Part shown: piece by piece, positions 26,737 to 36,212 of the stretch
How the letters are laid out: each line of letters begins with the position of its first letter
Numbering within the stretch: position 1 is the first letter of the stretch
Source of the DNA: Myxococcota bacterium
Lineage (GTDB): Bacteria; Myxococcota_A; Bradymonadia; UBA7976; UBA1532
NCBI GenBank assembly: GCA_036337435.1
Contig: JAYZEG010000095.1
Coordinates: 7,393-71,392, forward strand
Length of the DNA stretch: 64,000 nt
Reading direction: 5' to 3'
Program-made: the position numbers and the translations under genes
Notes under the pieces: generated by a model
What the model saw: the letters and a program-made list of their open reading frames with translations, nothing else
What the model was told of the DNA's origin: nothing
The model's database searches: none

Positions 26737-29700
26737 TCAGCTTGTCCACCTGCTTCGGCCAATTGAATGGCCAAATCACTGGCGACAACGTACTCGTCCT
26801 GTCCGTCACGCAACAGAAAATACAACCAATTGTCGGAGCGAAAATGTGGAAACAAGGCTTTGGTGCCTTCCGGTACATCGGCGACAAGATGCTGTTCACC
26901 TGTCTTTAGGTCAACCATAATAATGACGCTCCTGTCTCCGGTGTATTGGTGGGTGGCGACGAAGCGCTCATCAAATGAAATGTTGGCTTTGGCACCAGGA
27001 ATACATAAGCGTGCGACCACCTGACCGATGTCGATGTCGTAGCTGTCTGCCGTTCGAGTCGTGACCACCTTTCGGATCACATACCCTAGGCTGTCACCGT
27101 CTTCACCCCCAGCCAGTCGACTTACGACCAACTTACCCGACGGAGAGAGCACAGAGTCCCCCTCGAACGGAGAATCGACAATGACGCTTCTCAACTGTTC
27201 ATACTGGCTGCCATTGAAGATCATGGGCGAGAACTTCATCGTTGCGTTGGCACCGAAATGCGCAACCGGATTGTTTGTGGTTCGATTACGCCCAGAATCG
27301 CTGGTAAACTGAGAATTGATTACAAAATAATCGCCGCCGTTACTGCCGCGCGCAACATGTTGGTACAGGTTGATGTTGGTGCCGCGAATACAGCCCTCTT
27401 CTTCAAATGTGATTTCTTCTGCCGTCTCTAAAATCGGCTGGGGGCAAATCCCTGTGCCTCCGCCCTGAAAGATGAAGCCGCTGTTGTCTGGGAAAAAGCT
27501 GGGGTCGTAACTGGCTTTTACTTTGATATCACGATTTCGAAGAAGGTCTGTCACCGTTGCGCCACCCTGAACACCGCCACCATTGGCAACGAAACGACCA
27601 TCGGCAGAGCTCCTCGTCCAAAAACTAGTTTTGAATTGCAACTTGAGCACCTCTCTGAGCTGACCCTTGGCACTGCCCCAGTCAGACGAGCGGTCTAAAT
27701 AGCCCGTTTGGAAACAATTGCGCGCACGCCCACCTTCGCACCCAAACATCCGAATGCCATTTTCCTGATTTACTGCCCCCCAACCTTCGAAGGCCATCTC
27801 GGAAATATGAGCATTCACTGCTGCACCATCGATAAAGGGCTCACACGTCGTCGGGGCAGGTGGATCCTGGATGACCGAATCCAGGTCGGGCAGCTTTTGT
27901 TCGAACCACTTCAAAACCACTGCATACTCGCGCTCATTGAGTGCCGAATAGGTTCCTTTTGGCATTCCAACTCGTCCTTTGAAAGAGACAAATTGCCTGA
28001 GCCACTCAGTCTCGCCATACGCTTTTTGAAAGAGCTTTCGAAAATAGCCATAGCGGGCGCCGGTGGTCAAAATGCCAATCTTGTCCGCTGCAAAAACCGA
28101 TGCAGGGTCAGTACTGCGAGCGCGCATGCAGTGAACGCTTTCGAGTGCTTGTTGTTGGCTCATGTCCTCGGGGTCAACTTTCAACTCGCAGCGGTCGAGT
28201 GCTGTCTGCGTGAGCTCGAGCCAGTGCCTCAGGCCGCCTTTCGACACAGAGTGACATTCTGCGCAGCGTCTGGTTGCGCAATCACCGTTCTCTCCATCGC
28301 ATCGTTCATCACTTGTATCACTGACATTGGCGCCGAGAATCTTGAGAGCTTCTAGTGCCAGTTGGGGCCCTTCGAGCTCAACTTCTGGCAGCTCGCCGAC
28401 GTCGATGACCTGCTCTGTTGGTAGTTCTTCGAACTTACAGTCGTAGATAGGCCCGCTATCACCCGTTGGGTTACTCGGACGCGCGCAGGCTTGGATGAAG
28501 TCGAGGGCTTTGCCATATTCAGACTCAGCCCAGGTGCTTTCATCGAGATGATGCATCTCGGGCGGCATCCAAAAGCGCTTTTCAAATTTCATCCCCTCGT
28601 CGGTTAATAGATTGTTCCAAAAAGTATCCGTCCCTTCTAGACGTCTGAGCCACGATTTTGCCCACCGGCCATCGGCCACGCGATGGCACTTGGTACATGC
28701 AGCAGTCTCGCTGCTGACCAAGTTCTTCGGCATTGTCCAGCCTTGTCCTTCGGCATCGACAATGCTGTAGGGGGCCTCATTAAATCCTAGAGTATATCCA
28801 TCGTGCACGCCCATCATCGGAATGACGGTATCCCCGTTTTCATCTTTTGCACCGTCGATCCACGGGGTATGGATGAAGGGGTCCGTCGAATGGCATTCGG
28901 CACATTGAATGCCGCTGCCTAAACCGCCGTGAATCCCGTTCCATAACGAATTGGATGTCTGAGGCGATGCGGTCGATTCGAGGTCATCTGCCGGGTGTGG
29001 AATGTGAACGCCATCGGTTTTCGAATAGAGCGCGTTTTGGAAATAACAGGTTTTCCCCGTGTAGGGGTTATGTCCGATCATTGCCACATCATTGTATTGA
29101 CCCTCTTCCGTCAATGCTTTGCGACACAAAAGCACCCAGTATGTCCCCTGGTCATTGACGCGTCGTGCGACTCGCGGTCCATTGGTGCGGCCGTTGACTG
29201 CATTTGGTTCGCATGAATTGTAGATAAACTGGGGGTCGTCACATTTAGACTGGGTCGTCTCAGGAAATGTTTTTGTGCCGTCTTCCAGGGTGACTGTCAT
29301 GGGGATAGGCACGGAATCGAGGCAGTTGTAGGTCGCGTAATCGTTCTCTGCAATTTTTTCGAAAAATGGGATTTCACCCAAGTTGTTGACACACGCTTGA
29401 CCGTACGCAACCGTACTTCGGATGGCCTCATTCGCATCACCATACCCGTCGAATTTGCCGCTGCCCCTCTTGTCCAAAGCGCGCCTGATATCGAGCTCCG
29501 CCTTGCGGACGACTTGATCGCCGTTCATCAAGCAAAGGTCGATTGTATAGATGCCAGCCAACGCGATATTGATCATGTCCAGGGTCGGCTCTTCGGCTTC
29601 GACGAAAGCTGTGTTGTATTGGTCCAGAAACATGTCTGCTCTGGCAAATGGACCCAGGAAGGTATCCCCCGACTCGGAGGCGGTCGGTTGTTCATCGATG

Positions 29701-29948
29701 CGGGGAATCTCAGGGAGCATCTGCCCACATTCGAGAACGCCGCTGGCACCGTTACGAATCCGAGCGTGCAGGGTTTGCCCGGCCTTCAACGCTGGATAGA
29801 CTGAGACTTTGAGTTGGTTCGTCATCTCGTCTAATTGTACTTCGAACAGCGGTGGCCCCTTATATTCGTCCATCGGTGCATCAGAACAGCCGACGAAAAG
29901 CAGCGTAAGAATGGCTATAGATCGCCCAAGTGGGCCAAATAAACGCAT
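26733..29948 (-). CDS. Large lipoprotein (1071 aa) with three CXXCH motifs and a beta-rich C-terminal region
   Basis: The lipobox is LLFVGCSD. The heme motifs are QCAECHSTD, ACTKCHRVADGRW and RCAECHSVSKGG. The C-terminal third is rich in beta-strand/Gly-Asp turns. Confidence 0.8.
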   Translation of the reverse strand: MRLFGPLGRSIAILTLLFVGCSDAPMDEYKGPPLFEVQLDEMTNQLKVSVYPALKAGQTLHARIRNGASGVLECGQMLPEIPRIDEQPTASESGDTFLGPFARADMFLDQYNTAFVEAEEPTLDMINIALAGIYTIDLCLMNGDQVVRKAELDIRRALDKRGSGKFDGYGDANEAIRSTVAYGQACVNNLGEIPFFEKIAENDYATYNCLDSVPIPMTVTLEDGTKTFPETTQSKCDDPQFIYNSCEPNAVNGRTNGPRVARRVNDQGTYWVLLCRKALTEEGQYNDVAMIGHNPYTGKTCYFQNALYSKTDGVHIPHPADDLESTASPQTSNSLWNGIHGGLGSGIQCAECHSTDPFIHTPWIDGAKDENGDTVIPMMGVHDGYTLGFNEAPYSIVDAEGQGWTMPKNLVSSETAACTKCHRVADGRWAKSWLRRLEGTDTFWNNLLTDEGMKFEKRFWMPPEMHHLDESTWAESEYGKALDFIQACARPSNPTGDSGPIYDCKFEELPTEQVIDVGELPEVELEGPQLALEALKILGANVSDTSDERCDGENGDCATRRCAECHSVSKGGLRHWLELTQTALDRCELKVDPEDMSQQQALESVHCMRARSTDPASVFAADKIGILTTGARYGYFRKLFQKAYGETEWLRQFVSFKGRVGMPKGTYSALNEREYAVVLKWFEQKLPDLDSVIQDPPAPTTCEPFIDGAAVNAHISEMAFEGWGAVNQENGIRMFGCEGGRARNCFQTGYLDRSSDWGSAKGQLREVLKLQFKTSFWTRSSADGRFVANGGGVQGGATVTDLLRNRDIKVKASYDPSFFPDNSGFIFQGGGTGICPQPILETAEEITFEEEGCIRGTNINLYQHVARGSNGGDYFVINSQFTSDSGRNRTTNNPVAHFGANATMKFSPMIFNGSQYEQLRSVIVDSPFEGDSVLSPSGKLVVSRLAGGEDGDSLGYVIRKVVTTRTADSYDIDIGQVVARLCIPGAKANISFDERFVATHQYTGDRSVIIMVDLKTGEQHLVADVPEGTKALFPHFRSDNWLYFLLRDGQDEYVVASDLAIQLAEAGGQAE

Positions 29949-30086
29949 GACTCATCCCCCCAATGTGAAGGTAACCCCGGTAATACGACCAGCATGTCTC
30001 GAGACACGTACCCCCGACCGCGCGCGAATGATACGGCAAAAGGTCTTTGAAATCAAGCCTTAGGAGACCGCCGGTTCTTCCATTAA

Positions 30087-30995
30087 CTAGGGTTCTGAGC
30101 AGGTCAAAGTCGTTCCGGGGTGGGCGGTTTGACTGCCTTCGCAGACAGCGTCCCCAGAACATCCGCAGAAGCCGTCGATACACACATCGACAGGCCCGGT
30201 GGTGCATTCGCCATCGTTGCGGCAGCGGCAAAAGCCATCATCGCCACAGAGCGTGCCGTTGGTTTGGCATGAGTCAGCCGTACATTTACAGCGGCCCGAC
30301 TCAACATCACAGCTCGGATAATCCCCGAGGCAGTGACTGTCGTTGCCGCATGGAACAGCACAGTTGCCTGCGCCATCGCATGCCGCTCGGTCTTGCACGC
30401 ATACGCGAATGGCCCCAGTGCCGTCAGCGCGATTCAATTCCAATTCTGCCATTGTGAGGGTGTCACAACCGATAAAATCGTTCGGTATGATGGCGCAGGC
30501 GTTGAGTCCGTCGTAGTTGATGCACGCTTGGGTCCCATTCGTACCGCCAGGACAGTCGCTGTCTGTCTCACAGCTGTCTATCCAGGCCGAGAAAATGGCG
30601 ATGCAATCTCGATCCGTTCCGCAATTTTGCGTACAGACGCCGTCATTACAGGTGTGGCCGTCCAAACAATCATCATCGGCCTCGCATCGCTCCTGGCACA
30701 ATTGGTAGTCATCGGGCAACACGAGACCGCCCCCGCCGCCAGTGCCGCCGGTCCCAGCAGAACCACCGGACCCGCCCGTGGTACCCATGTCGCCATTTTC
30801 AGCGGTCGTGTCACCTGCATCAGACGATGCGTCGCCACCACCAGAGCCTCCGGTTCCACCAGAGCCTCCTTGCCCGGCATTACCGCCGGTTGCCATCATC
30901 GCTGGCCGATCGTCTGAACTGGAGTCACAGCCCCACACGGTGAGGGAGAGAGCACAAAAAAGCGCGAGATAGGTTTCGGAACGTTTAATCCCCAT
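30087..30995 (-). CDS. Lipoprotein with a Gly-rich linker and CxxDxDC-type cysteine-rich repeats
   Basis: The signal peptide has a probable lipobox (VWGCDSS). Gly-rich tracts include GGNAGQGGSGGTGGSGGG. The repeats are CEADDDCLDGHTC, CGTDRDC, CETDSDCPGG, CGNDSHCLGD and CRNDGEC. Confidence 0.75.
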   Translation of the reverse strand: MGIKRSETYLALFCALSLTVWGCDSSSDDRPAMMATGGNAGQGGSGGTGGSGGGDASSDAGDTTAENGDMGTTGGSGGSAGTGGTGGGGGLVLPDDYQLCQERCEADDDCLDGHTCNDGVCTQNCGTDRDCIAIFSAWIDSCETDSDCPGGTNGTQACINYDGLNACAIIPNDFIGCDTLTMAELELNRADGTGAIRVCVQDRAACDGAGNCAVPCGNDSHCLGDYPSCDVESGRCKCTADSCQTNGTLCGDDGFCRCRNDGECTTGPVDVCIDGFCGCSGDAVCEGSQTAHPGTTLTCSEP

Positions 30996-31142
30996 AACAA
31001 GCTCCTAGAATGCGGGTTGAGTTGATCCGCCGACTAGCTAACACGGGTTTTGGCGATTTGCTAGGTTCATCATGGTGGTTTCCTGACTGTTGGAAAGGTT
31101 ATTCTTGCTCTCGAAACAGTGCTACAGTCGGGGCCAGAGATC

Positions 31143-31147
31143 GGAGG
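31143..31147 (+). promoter_or_regulatory. Shine-Dalgarno (GGAGG) for the copper monooxygenase-like gene
   Basis: GGAGG lies 6 nt upstream of the ATG at 31154. Confidence 0.6.
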
Positions 31148-31153
31148 TATGCA

Positions 31154-32137
31154 ATGAAACGCTTTGTTTGGATGAGTCTCTTTCTATTTTTTGGAGCGTG
31201 TGGTTCCGATGAAGCTGACCAAGTATCGGATGGGGTTGACGAACCTGCCGTTATACCCCTCGCTCCACCGCCAGAAGGGGCCGGTTATCAATTGAACTTT
31301 GAGGCCGTCGCCCCGCCATTCTCAGAAGTGTGGCTCTGCAAAGTCGGACCTATGCCAAATCTTGAGCTGGCCAATGTGAATCGAGTTCAGGCTCAGCAGA
31401 ACCCAGGCACTCACCACCTGACCTTGTCTACATTGGGCTTAGCCCCATCAACACCCGTTGAGCATGGCGTTTACAATTGCGACGACCTCTACGGTGATTC
31501 AAGTCTCATGCAGGATCAAATTATGTTCTATGGAAACCAAGGTGAGGCTGAACACGAATTGATCATGCCCGATGGCGTGGCTGCGGGCATTCCCCCTATG
31601 CTGGATGTCATTCATGAGGTCCATTACGTCAATACGACAGATCAACCGGTGAATCTCTACTCAAGAATCAACGCTTGGACGATGCCTGCCGCGGATGTCG
31701 TCGAAGGCATTTGGGGGAGCCAAGTACGCGATGAAACCATCGAGATTCCCCCGCGTTCGACAAAAACGGAATGGAGCCGCTGCGTTTTCAACGAGGACGT
31801 AGAGATTATTTTTATGGCGTCTCATACCCATAAACTCGGGAAAGAATTCACAATTGCGCCTTTTGATGGCCAGGAGACCGGAGAGATCATCTATCGAAAT
31901 GATGATTGGCACACGCCCAAGATCGTGCCCTACGATCCACCACTTGTGGTCAAGGCAGGCGAGGGTTTTGAATGGGCATGCACCTTCGATAATCCGACTG
32001 ATGAGGCCGTAGGTTACGGGTCCAGTGCCGATGATGAGATGTGTAATCCGACCTTTGTACACACGCCATTTAGCCTGTCGGCACGGTGTGAGGTTGTAGA
32101 GACCAGCGACGGTGTCCTGTGGTCGCCAGACCAGTAA
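31154..32137 (+). CDS. Copper type II ascorbate-dependent monooxygenase-like (PHM/DBH-like) lipoprotein
   Basis: The lipobox is LFFGACG. The ligand pattern is HH (87,88), H (154/157), HTH (224,226), M (296). Its spacing matches the PHM CuH/CuM ligands. The SHTHKLGK and DEMC contexts also fit. Confidence 0.8.
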   Translation: MKRFVWMSLFLFFGACGSDEADQVSDGVDEPAVIPLAPPPEGAGYQLNFEAVAPPFSEVWLCKVGPMPNLELANVNRVQAQQNPGTHHLTLSTLGLAPSTPVEHGVYNCDDLYGDSSLMQDQIMFYGNQGEAEHELIMPDGVAAGIPPMLDVIHEVHYVNTTDQPVNLYSRINAWTMPAADVVEGIWGSQVRDETIEIPPRSTKTEWSRCVFNEDVEIIFMASHTHKLGKEFTIAPFDGQETGEIIYRNDDWHTPKIVPYDPPLVVKAGEGFEWACTFDNPTDEAVGYGSSADDEMCNPTFVHTPFSLSARCEVVETSDGVLWSPDQ

Positions 32138-32220
32138 GGGCAGCGTCTTTCTTACCTCGCGAATCGCTGCAATGAGCTGAACGCAGCTGCTGTGAACAGA
32201 CGCTCTGAGTTGGAGGCAAA

Positions 32221-33159
32221 ATGGCCATTAACTGGTTTCCAGGTCACATGCACAAAGCGCGTAAAGAAATCGCGCAAATCATGCCAAAGGTCGATTTATT
32301 GATCGAGGTCGTCGATGCCCGGATTCCGTACTCAAGTGCGAACCCCTTGGTGGATGAATGGCGTCGGGACAAGCCGATGCTTAAGATTCTCAATAAGATC
32401 GACCTCGCTGACCCATCGATGACTCAAGATTGGATCGATGATTTCGAGCAAGATTCTGATATCCGGGCACTGACCCTCGATGCGCGCAACGCGCAGCACT
32501 GTCGCGAGTTGCTCAATCGCGGCCGTAAGCTCGTCCACGCGCCGAGGTCGCCTGGTAAGCCGCTCACAGCTATGATTCTCGGCATCCCCAATGTGGGGAA
32601 GTCCACCTTGATCAACGGCATGGCGGGGCGCTTGATCGCGAAGACCGGAAATGTGCCCGCCGTCACAAAAAAACAACAACGGATCCCGCTTGCACAGGAT
32701 TTTGTGCTCTTGGATACACCGGGTTTTCTTTGGCCCAAGTTGTGGCCTGACGGCTGTGGCTACCGGTTGGCGATAACGGGCGCCATCAAAGATGCGGTTA
32801 TCGATTACGACGACATCGCTTATTTCGCCACCGACTTCTTCAGGCAACACTATCCGGATGCTCTTCTAGCCCGCTACCGTTTGGATTCGATCCCCGATAC
32901 GACCATCGAACTGATGGAGGCCATTGCAGCCCGGCGTGGCTGCATCGGAAAAGGAGGTCTCATCCGCTTATCTCAAGTCTCGGAGCTTTTGATCCGTGAA
33001 TACCGACAAGGCAAACTCGGCCGTGTCAGCCTTGAAACGCCACAGTTGATCCGAGCTGAGTTACGGGTGGCCGAGCGTGAAAAAGCCGAAAAAGACGCGG
33101 CCAAGCAGGCACGCCTAGAGATGCGGCAGCAGAACAAAAAGAAGACCAAGAGGCGATAG
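32221..33159 (+). CDS. rbgA: Ribosome biogenesis GTPase A (YlqF/RbgA), circularly permuted GTPase
   Basis: Motifs are INWFPGHMHKA, DARIP, the permuted LNKIDL, GIPNVGKSTLIN and DTPG. Confidence 0.9.
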   Translation: MAINWFPGHMHKARKEIAQIMPKVDLLIEVVDARIPYSSANPLVDEWRRDKPMLKILNKIDLADPSMTQDWIDDFEQDSDIRALTLDARNAQHCRELLNRGRKLVHAPRSPGKPLTAMILGIPNVGKSTLINGMAGRLIAKTGNVPAVTKKQQRIPLAQDFVLLDTPGFLWPKLWPDGCGYRLAITGAIKDAVIDYDDIAYFATDFFRQHYPDALLARYRLDSIPDTTIELMEAIAARRGCIGKGGLIRLSQVSELLIREYRQGKLGRVSLETPQLIRAELRVAEREKAEKDAAKQARLEMRQQNKKKTKRR

Positions 33160-33163
33160 TGGT

Positions 33164-33643
33164 ATGGTGACGTACAATCTACGAGTCTGTCTCTTTTTGG
33201 CTGCTCTTTTTGGGTATGATTTAGGGCGTGCCCACGGTGAAACAAAGACGCTTGGCTTGGGTGTGCTACTTGGAGAACCGACGGGTCTAAGCGGCAAGCT
33301 ATTCATGGATGATGACCATGCAATCGCAGCGGGTCTTAGTTTCAGTTTTGTCGACGACAACTTGCACTTACATGCTGACTATTTGTTGCACTTCCGCGGT
33401 CGACTCAGTCAGCTAGAGGGGGGTAAATGGATTCCATACGTTGGAATCGGAGGTAAGTTTAGGGTCTGGGAAGACCAGGGAAGGGGCGATGATGGCCTCT
33501 CTGTTCGCGTTCCGGTCGGACTTGTTGTTCACCTCCATTCTACGCCACTCGATGTGTTTTTGGAATTCGTGCCCGGGATGAGAATTCTGCCTGCAACAGA
33601 TGCTGATTTGGGGGCAGCTCTGGGCGTGAGATGGTATTTTTAA
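33164..33643 (+). CDS. Small exported beta-barrel-like protein (hypothetical)
   Basis: It has a signal peptide ([13 protein letters not shown]), alternating beta-strand patterns, and a C-terminal aromatic (RWYF). Confidence 0.55.
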   Translation: MVTYNLRVCLFLAALFGYDLGRAHGETKTLGLGVLLGEPTGLSGKLFMDDDHAIAAGLSFSFVDDNLHLHADYLLHFRGRLSQLEGGKWIPYVGIGGKFRVWEDQGRGDDGLSVRVPVGLVVHLHSTPLDVFLEFVPGMRILPATDADLGAALGVRWYF

Positions 33644-33763
33644 ACGCACCGTGCTCCAAATTCGCACCTTTCTTGGAACGGAGCTGTATCGCCTGACGGT
33701 TCTCGCGCATCTTGCAGGGCTCGCAGCGGTTTGTGCTGCGGTGCGGTTTTATGACAGACGGAC

Positions 33764-33769
33764 AAGGAG
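33764..33769 (+). promoter_or_regulatory. Shine-Dalgarno (AAGGAG) for msrB
   Basis: AAGGAG lies 10 nt upstream of the ATG at 33780. Confidence 0.55.
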
Positions 33770-33779
33770 TCAAGTGACC

Positions 33780-34175
33780 ATGAGTACCAAAACAGACGCC
33801 GAGTGGTTAGCTCTGCTGGGACCCGAAGCATTTAGAGTCGCGCGACAAGCCGGCACGGAACGCCCGTTCTCAGGACGATATAACGCCCATTACGATGTCG
33901 GCACTTACACGTGTATCTGTTGTGGTCTGCCTCTGTTTAAGAGTGACTCAAAATTTAATTCAGGCTGTGGTTGGCCCAGCTTTTTTGAACCATTGGATGC
34001 CGCTCATTTAGTTGAAGTCCGCGACACCAGTCACGGCATGGTTCGAACGGAAATCCGGTGCACGGGCTGCGACGCCCATCTCGGGCATGTTTTCAACGAT
34101 GGTCCGCCCCCCACCGGCATCCGTTATTGCATCAACTCAGTCTGCTTAGATTTCGATGAACAGGTCGCCAGCTGA
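33780..34175 (+). CDS. msrB: Peptide-methionine (R)-S-oxide reductase
   Basis: Motifs are two CxxC pairs ([22 protein letters not shown]), GCGWPSF and RYCINS. I prefer the ATG at 33780 (131 aa) over the track start at 33651. Confidence 0.9.
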   Translation: MSTKTDAEWLALLGPEAFRVARQAGTERPFSGRYNAHYDVGTYTCICCGLPLFKSDSKFNSGCGWPSFFEPLDAAHLVEVRDTSHGMVRTEIRCTGCDAHLGHVFNDGPPPTGIRYCINSVCLDFDEQVAS

Positions 34176-34293
34176 ACTCACCTGGCACCGGCCCTTCACC
34201 ATGTCCATTGAAGTCGGCAACACGTCGCGCGCATTCCCGCCTTTGCACCACCCCACATCCGTGTCATAACGGCAGCGATTTATTTGATCTGAG

Positions 34294-35355
34294 ATGATGA
34301 TGGCGTCGCGTGTTTTGATCGTAGGTTGCGGAGGGATTGGCGGTGTGTTGACTGCGTCAGCAGCGCGGGCCCCCTTTGACTCTTGGACCGTGTCCAGAAA
34401 CGATGCGGTCCGTGACCGGATTGCCAAAAACGGCCTCATATGCATTCGAGGACGCACTCGCCAGCGGTCTAAGCCACGGGTCGTCGACACCGTTGAGTCC
34501 ATGACTTTTGATTTGGTGGTCTTGGCGACTCAGCCGACCGATGTCGAATCCGCAGCTAGACAATACGGGCCGCATCTGTCCGATGATGGTGAGATGCTAG
34601 TGTTACAAAATGGCCTGTGTGAAGAGCGGGTCGCGCGGGTATTGGAATCACCTGAAAGGGTGGTCGGGGGCGTTGTTGCATGGGGGGCGAGAACCCATGG
34701 TGTGGGTGTGGTCGAGCAGACATCGGAAGGACACGTTATCATTGGAACGCTCACCGGCCGCCGCCCACGCCAAATGTCGCTCATAAACGAGCTCTTCAAC
34801 CCGATAGCGACAGTTAAGTGGACAGACAATCTTTTGGGCAGTCGTTGGAGCAAGCTCATTTTAAATTGTATCGTGTCGTCACTCGGCACGCTGAATGGAA
34901 CCCACTTGGGGGCGGTCGTTCGCGCACTCAACGGGCGTCGTTTGGGCCTCAAAATCTTAGCAGAGGGGGTTGCTGCGGCCGATGCTCTCGGCATTGTCTT
35001 GGAACCTGTATCAGGCACCATTGACCTGCGCCAGCTCAGTCTTGCTGGCTCTACACCGAGGGGCAGTCGATGGCGCGTCATTTACGCGCATGGGATTCTG
35101 CTGGTGGTTGGTTTTAAGTATCGGAAATTGTATAGCTCGTTGCTCCGGGCCATCGAAGCTGGTCGACCGCCGGCTGTCGATTTCTTAAATGGTGAGTTGG
35201 TTCGGGCTGGTCGATCCGTTGGTCTACCTATGGTCGTCAACGCGGCGATTTGTGACAAAGTCCATGGGTTTGCCCGCGGGCAAATCGAACCCGGGCCACA
35301 GACCATCGACAGGTTGTTGGAGACTGTCAGCTCCGTCGATAACGAGGTGCCATGA
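34294..35355 (+). CDS. Ketopantoate reductase (ApbA/PanE) family oxidoreductase
   Basis: The N-terminal Rossmann motif is VLIVGCGGIGG. The length and C-terminal helical domain pattern fit the family. Confidence 0.7.
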   Translation: MMMASRVLIVGCGGIGGVLTASAARAPFDSWTVSRNDAVRDRIAKNGLICIRGRTRQRSKPRVVDTVESMTFDLVVLATQPTDVESAARQYGPHLSDDGEMLVLQNGLCEERVARVLESPERVVGGVVAWGARTHGVGVVEQTSEGHVIIGTLTGRRPRQMSLINELFNPIATVKWTDNLLGSRWSKLILNCIVSSLGTLNGTHLGAVVRALNGRRLGLKILAEGVAAADALGIVLEPVSGTIDLRQLSLAGSTPRGSRWRVIYAHGILLVVGFKYRKLYSSLLRAIEAGRPPAVDFLNGELVRAGRSVGLPMVVNAAICDKVHGFARGQIEPGPQTIDRLLETVSSVDNEVP

Positions 35356-35402
35356 GTCCGCAGAGATAGGCTCGAATTTGCCAAAATAAGGATGTAGAAC
35401 CG

Positions 35403-36212
35403 ATGGGAAAACTTGCCTGGTTGACCGACCCGCATTTTGACATGTTGAGTGACCACGAATTTACCGCATTGCTCGATACGTGGTCAAAAATCGAGGTTGA
35501 CGGTCTAGTCATCACCGGTGACATTGCCGATGGTGATACTTTATTCGCTGTTTTGACCGCTCTCGATGCCACTCTCCCATTCCCAATTTGGTTTGTTCTG
35601 GGCAACCACGACTATTATGGCACAAGCATTGACGAACAACGTCTTGCTGTACGGCAATGGTGCCTCCAGGCGAAACGGACAACTTGGCTTGCTGATGTGA
35701 GGCATATCCATCTATCCAACGAAACGGCATTACTTGGACACGGTGGCTGGGCGGATGGTGGCTATGGTGATTTTCATGCATCGAATATCGTGCTGAACGA
35801 TTACCGCCTCATCTCAGAACTTACAGGTCACCCAAAGCGTGAACTCGCTCGGCGTTTGGCTCATCTCGGTCGGGACGCGGCTGCTGTCATCGAGCGCCAA
35901 CTTGTCGACGCCTTTCGGACTCATAAGCATGTTATCCTCGCAACCCATGTTCCGCCCTTTGTCGAAGCGTGTTGGTATCAAGGGCAGGCGACTGTCAATG
36001 AATGGACACCCCACTTTAGTTGTAAGGCGGTTGGAGATTGCCTACGAGACGTAGCAGCGACCTATCCTGAGCATACCATTCGAGTCTATTGCGGCCACAC
36101 CCATTCGGGCGGCGTAGCGCAAATTGCCCCGAACCTACACGTCACAACCGGTGGGGCGACTTACGGGCAGCCAGGTCTTCAGGCCGGTATTCTCTGGAAA
36201 GACGAGGCCTAG
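35403..36212 (+). CDS. Calcineurin-like metallophosphoesterase
   Basis: Motifs are LTDPHFD, GDIADG, GNHDYY, GHGGW and GHTH. Confidence 0.85.
   Translation: MGKLAWLTDPHFDMLSDHEFTALLDTWSKIEVDGLVITGDIADGDTLFAVLTALDATLPFPIWFVLGNHDYYGTSIDEQRLAVRQWCLQAKRTTWLADVRHIHLSNETALLGHGGWADGGYGDFHASNIVLNDYRLISELTGHPKRELARRLAHLGRDAAAVIERQLVDAFRTHKHVILATHVPPFVEACWYQGQATVNEWTPHFSCKAVGDCLRDVAATYPEHTIRVYCGHTHSGGVAQIAPNLHVTTGGATYGQPGLQAGILWKDEA

Noticed and set aside
27708-28355. The 215-aa plus-strand ORF, and similar shadow ORFs at 21577-22101, 32332-32850, 34530-35081, 30333-30917 and 16222-16704.
   Set aside because: Each lies wholly within a longer opposite-strand gene that has recognisable motifs. None has a domain signature of its own.
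31010-31153. A 48-codon N-terminal extension of the copper monooxygenase-like ORF.
   Set aside because: The extension (MRVELIRRLANTGFG...) precedes a perfect signal peptide and lipobox starting at ATG 31154. That ATG has a GGAGG 6 nt upstream.
33651-33779. A 43-codon N-terminal extension of msrB.
   Set aside because: MsrB proteins are about 130-150 aa. ATG 33780 has an AAGGAG 10 nt upstream, and the extension has no MsrB similarity.
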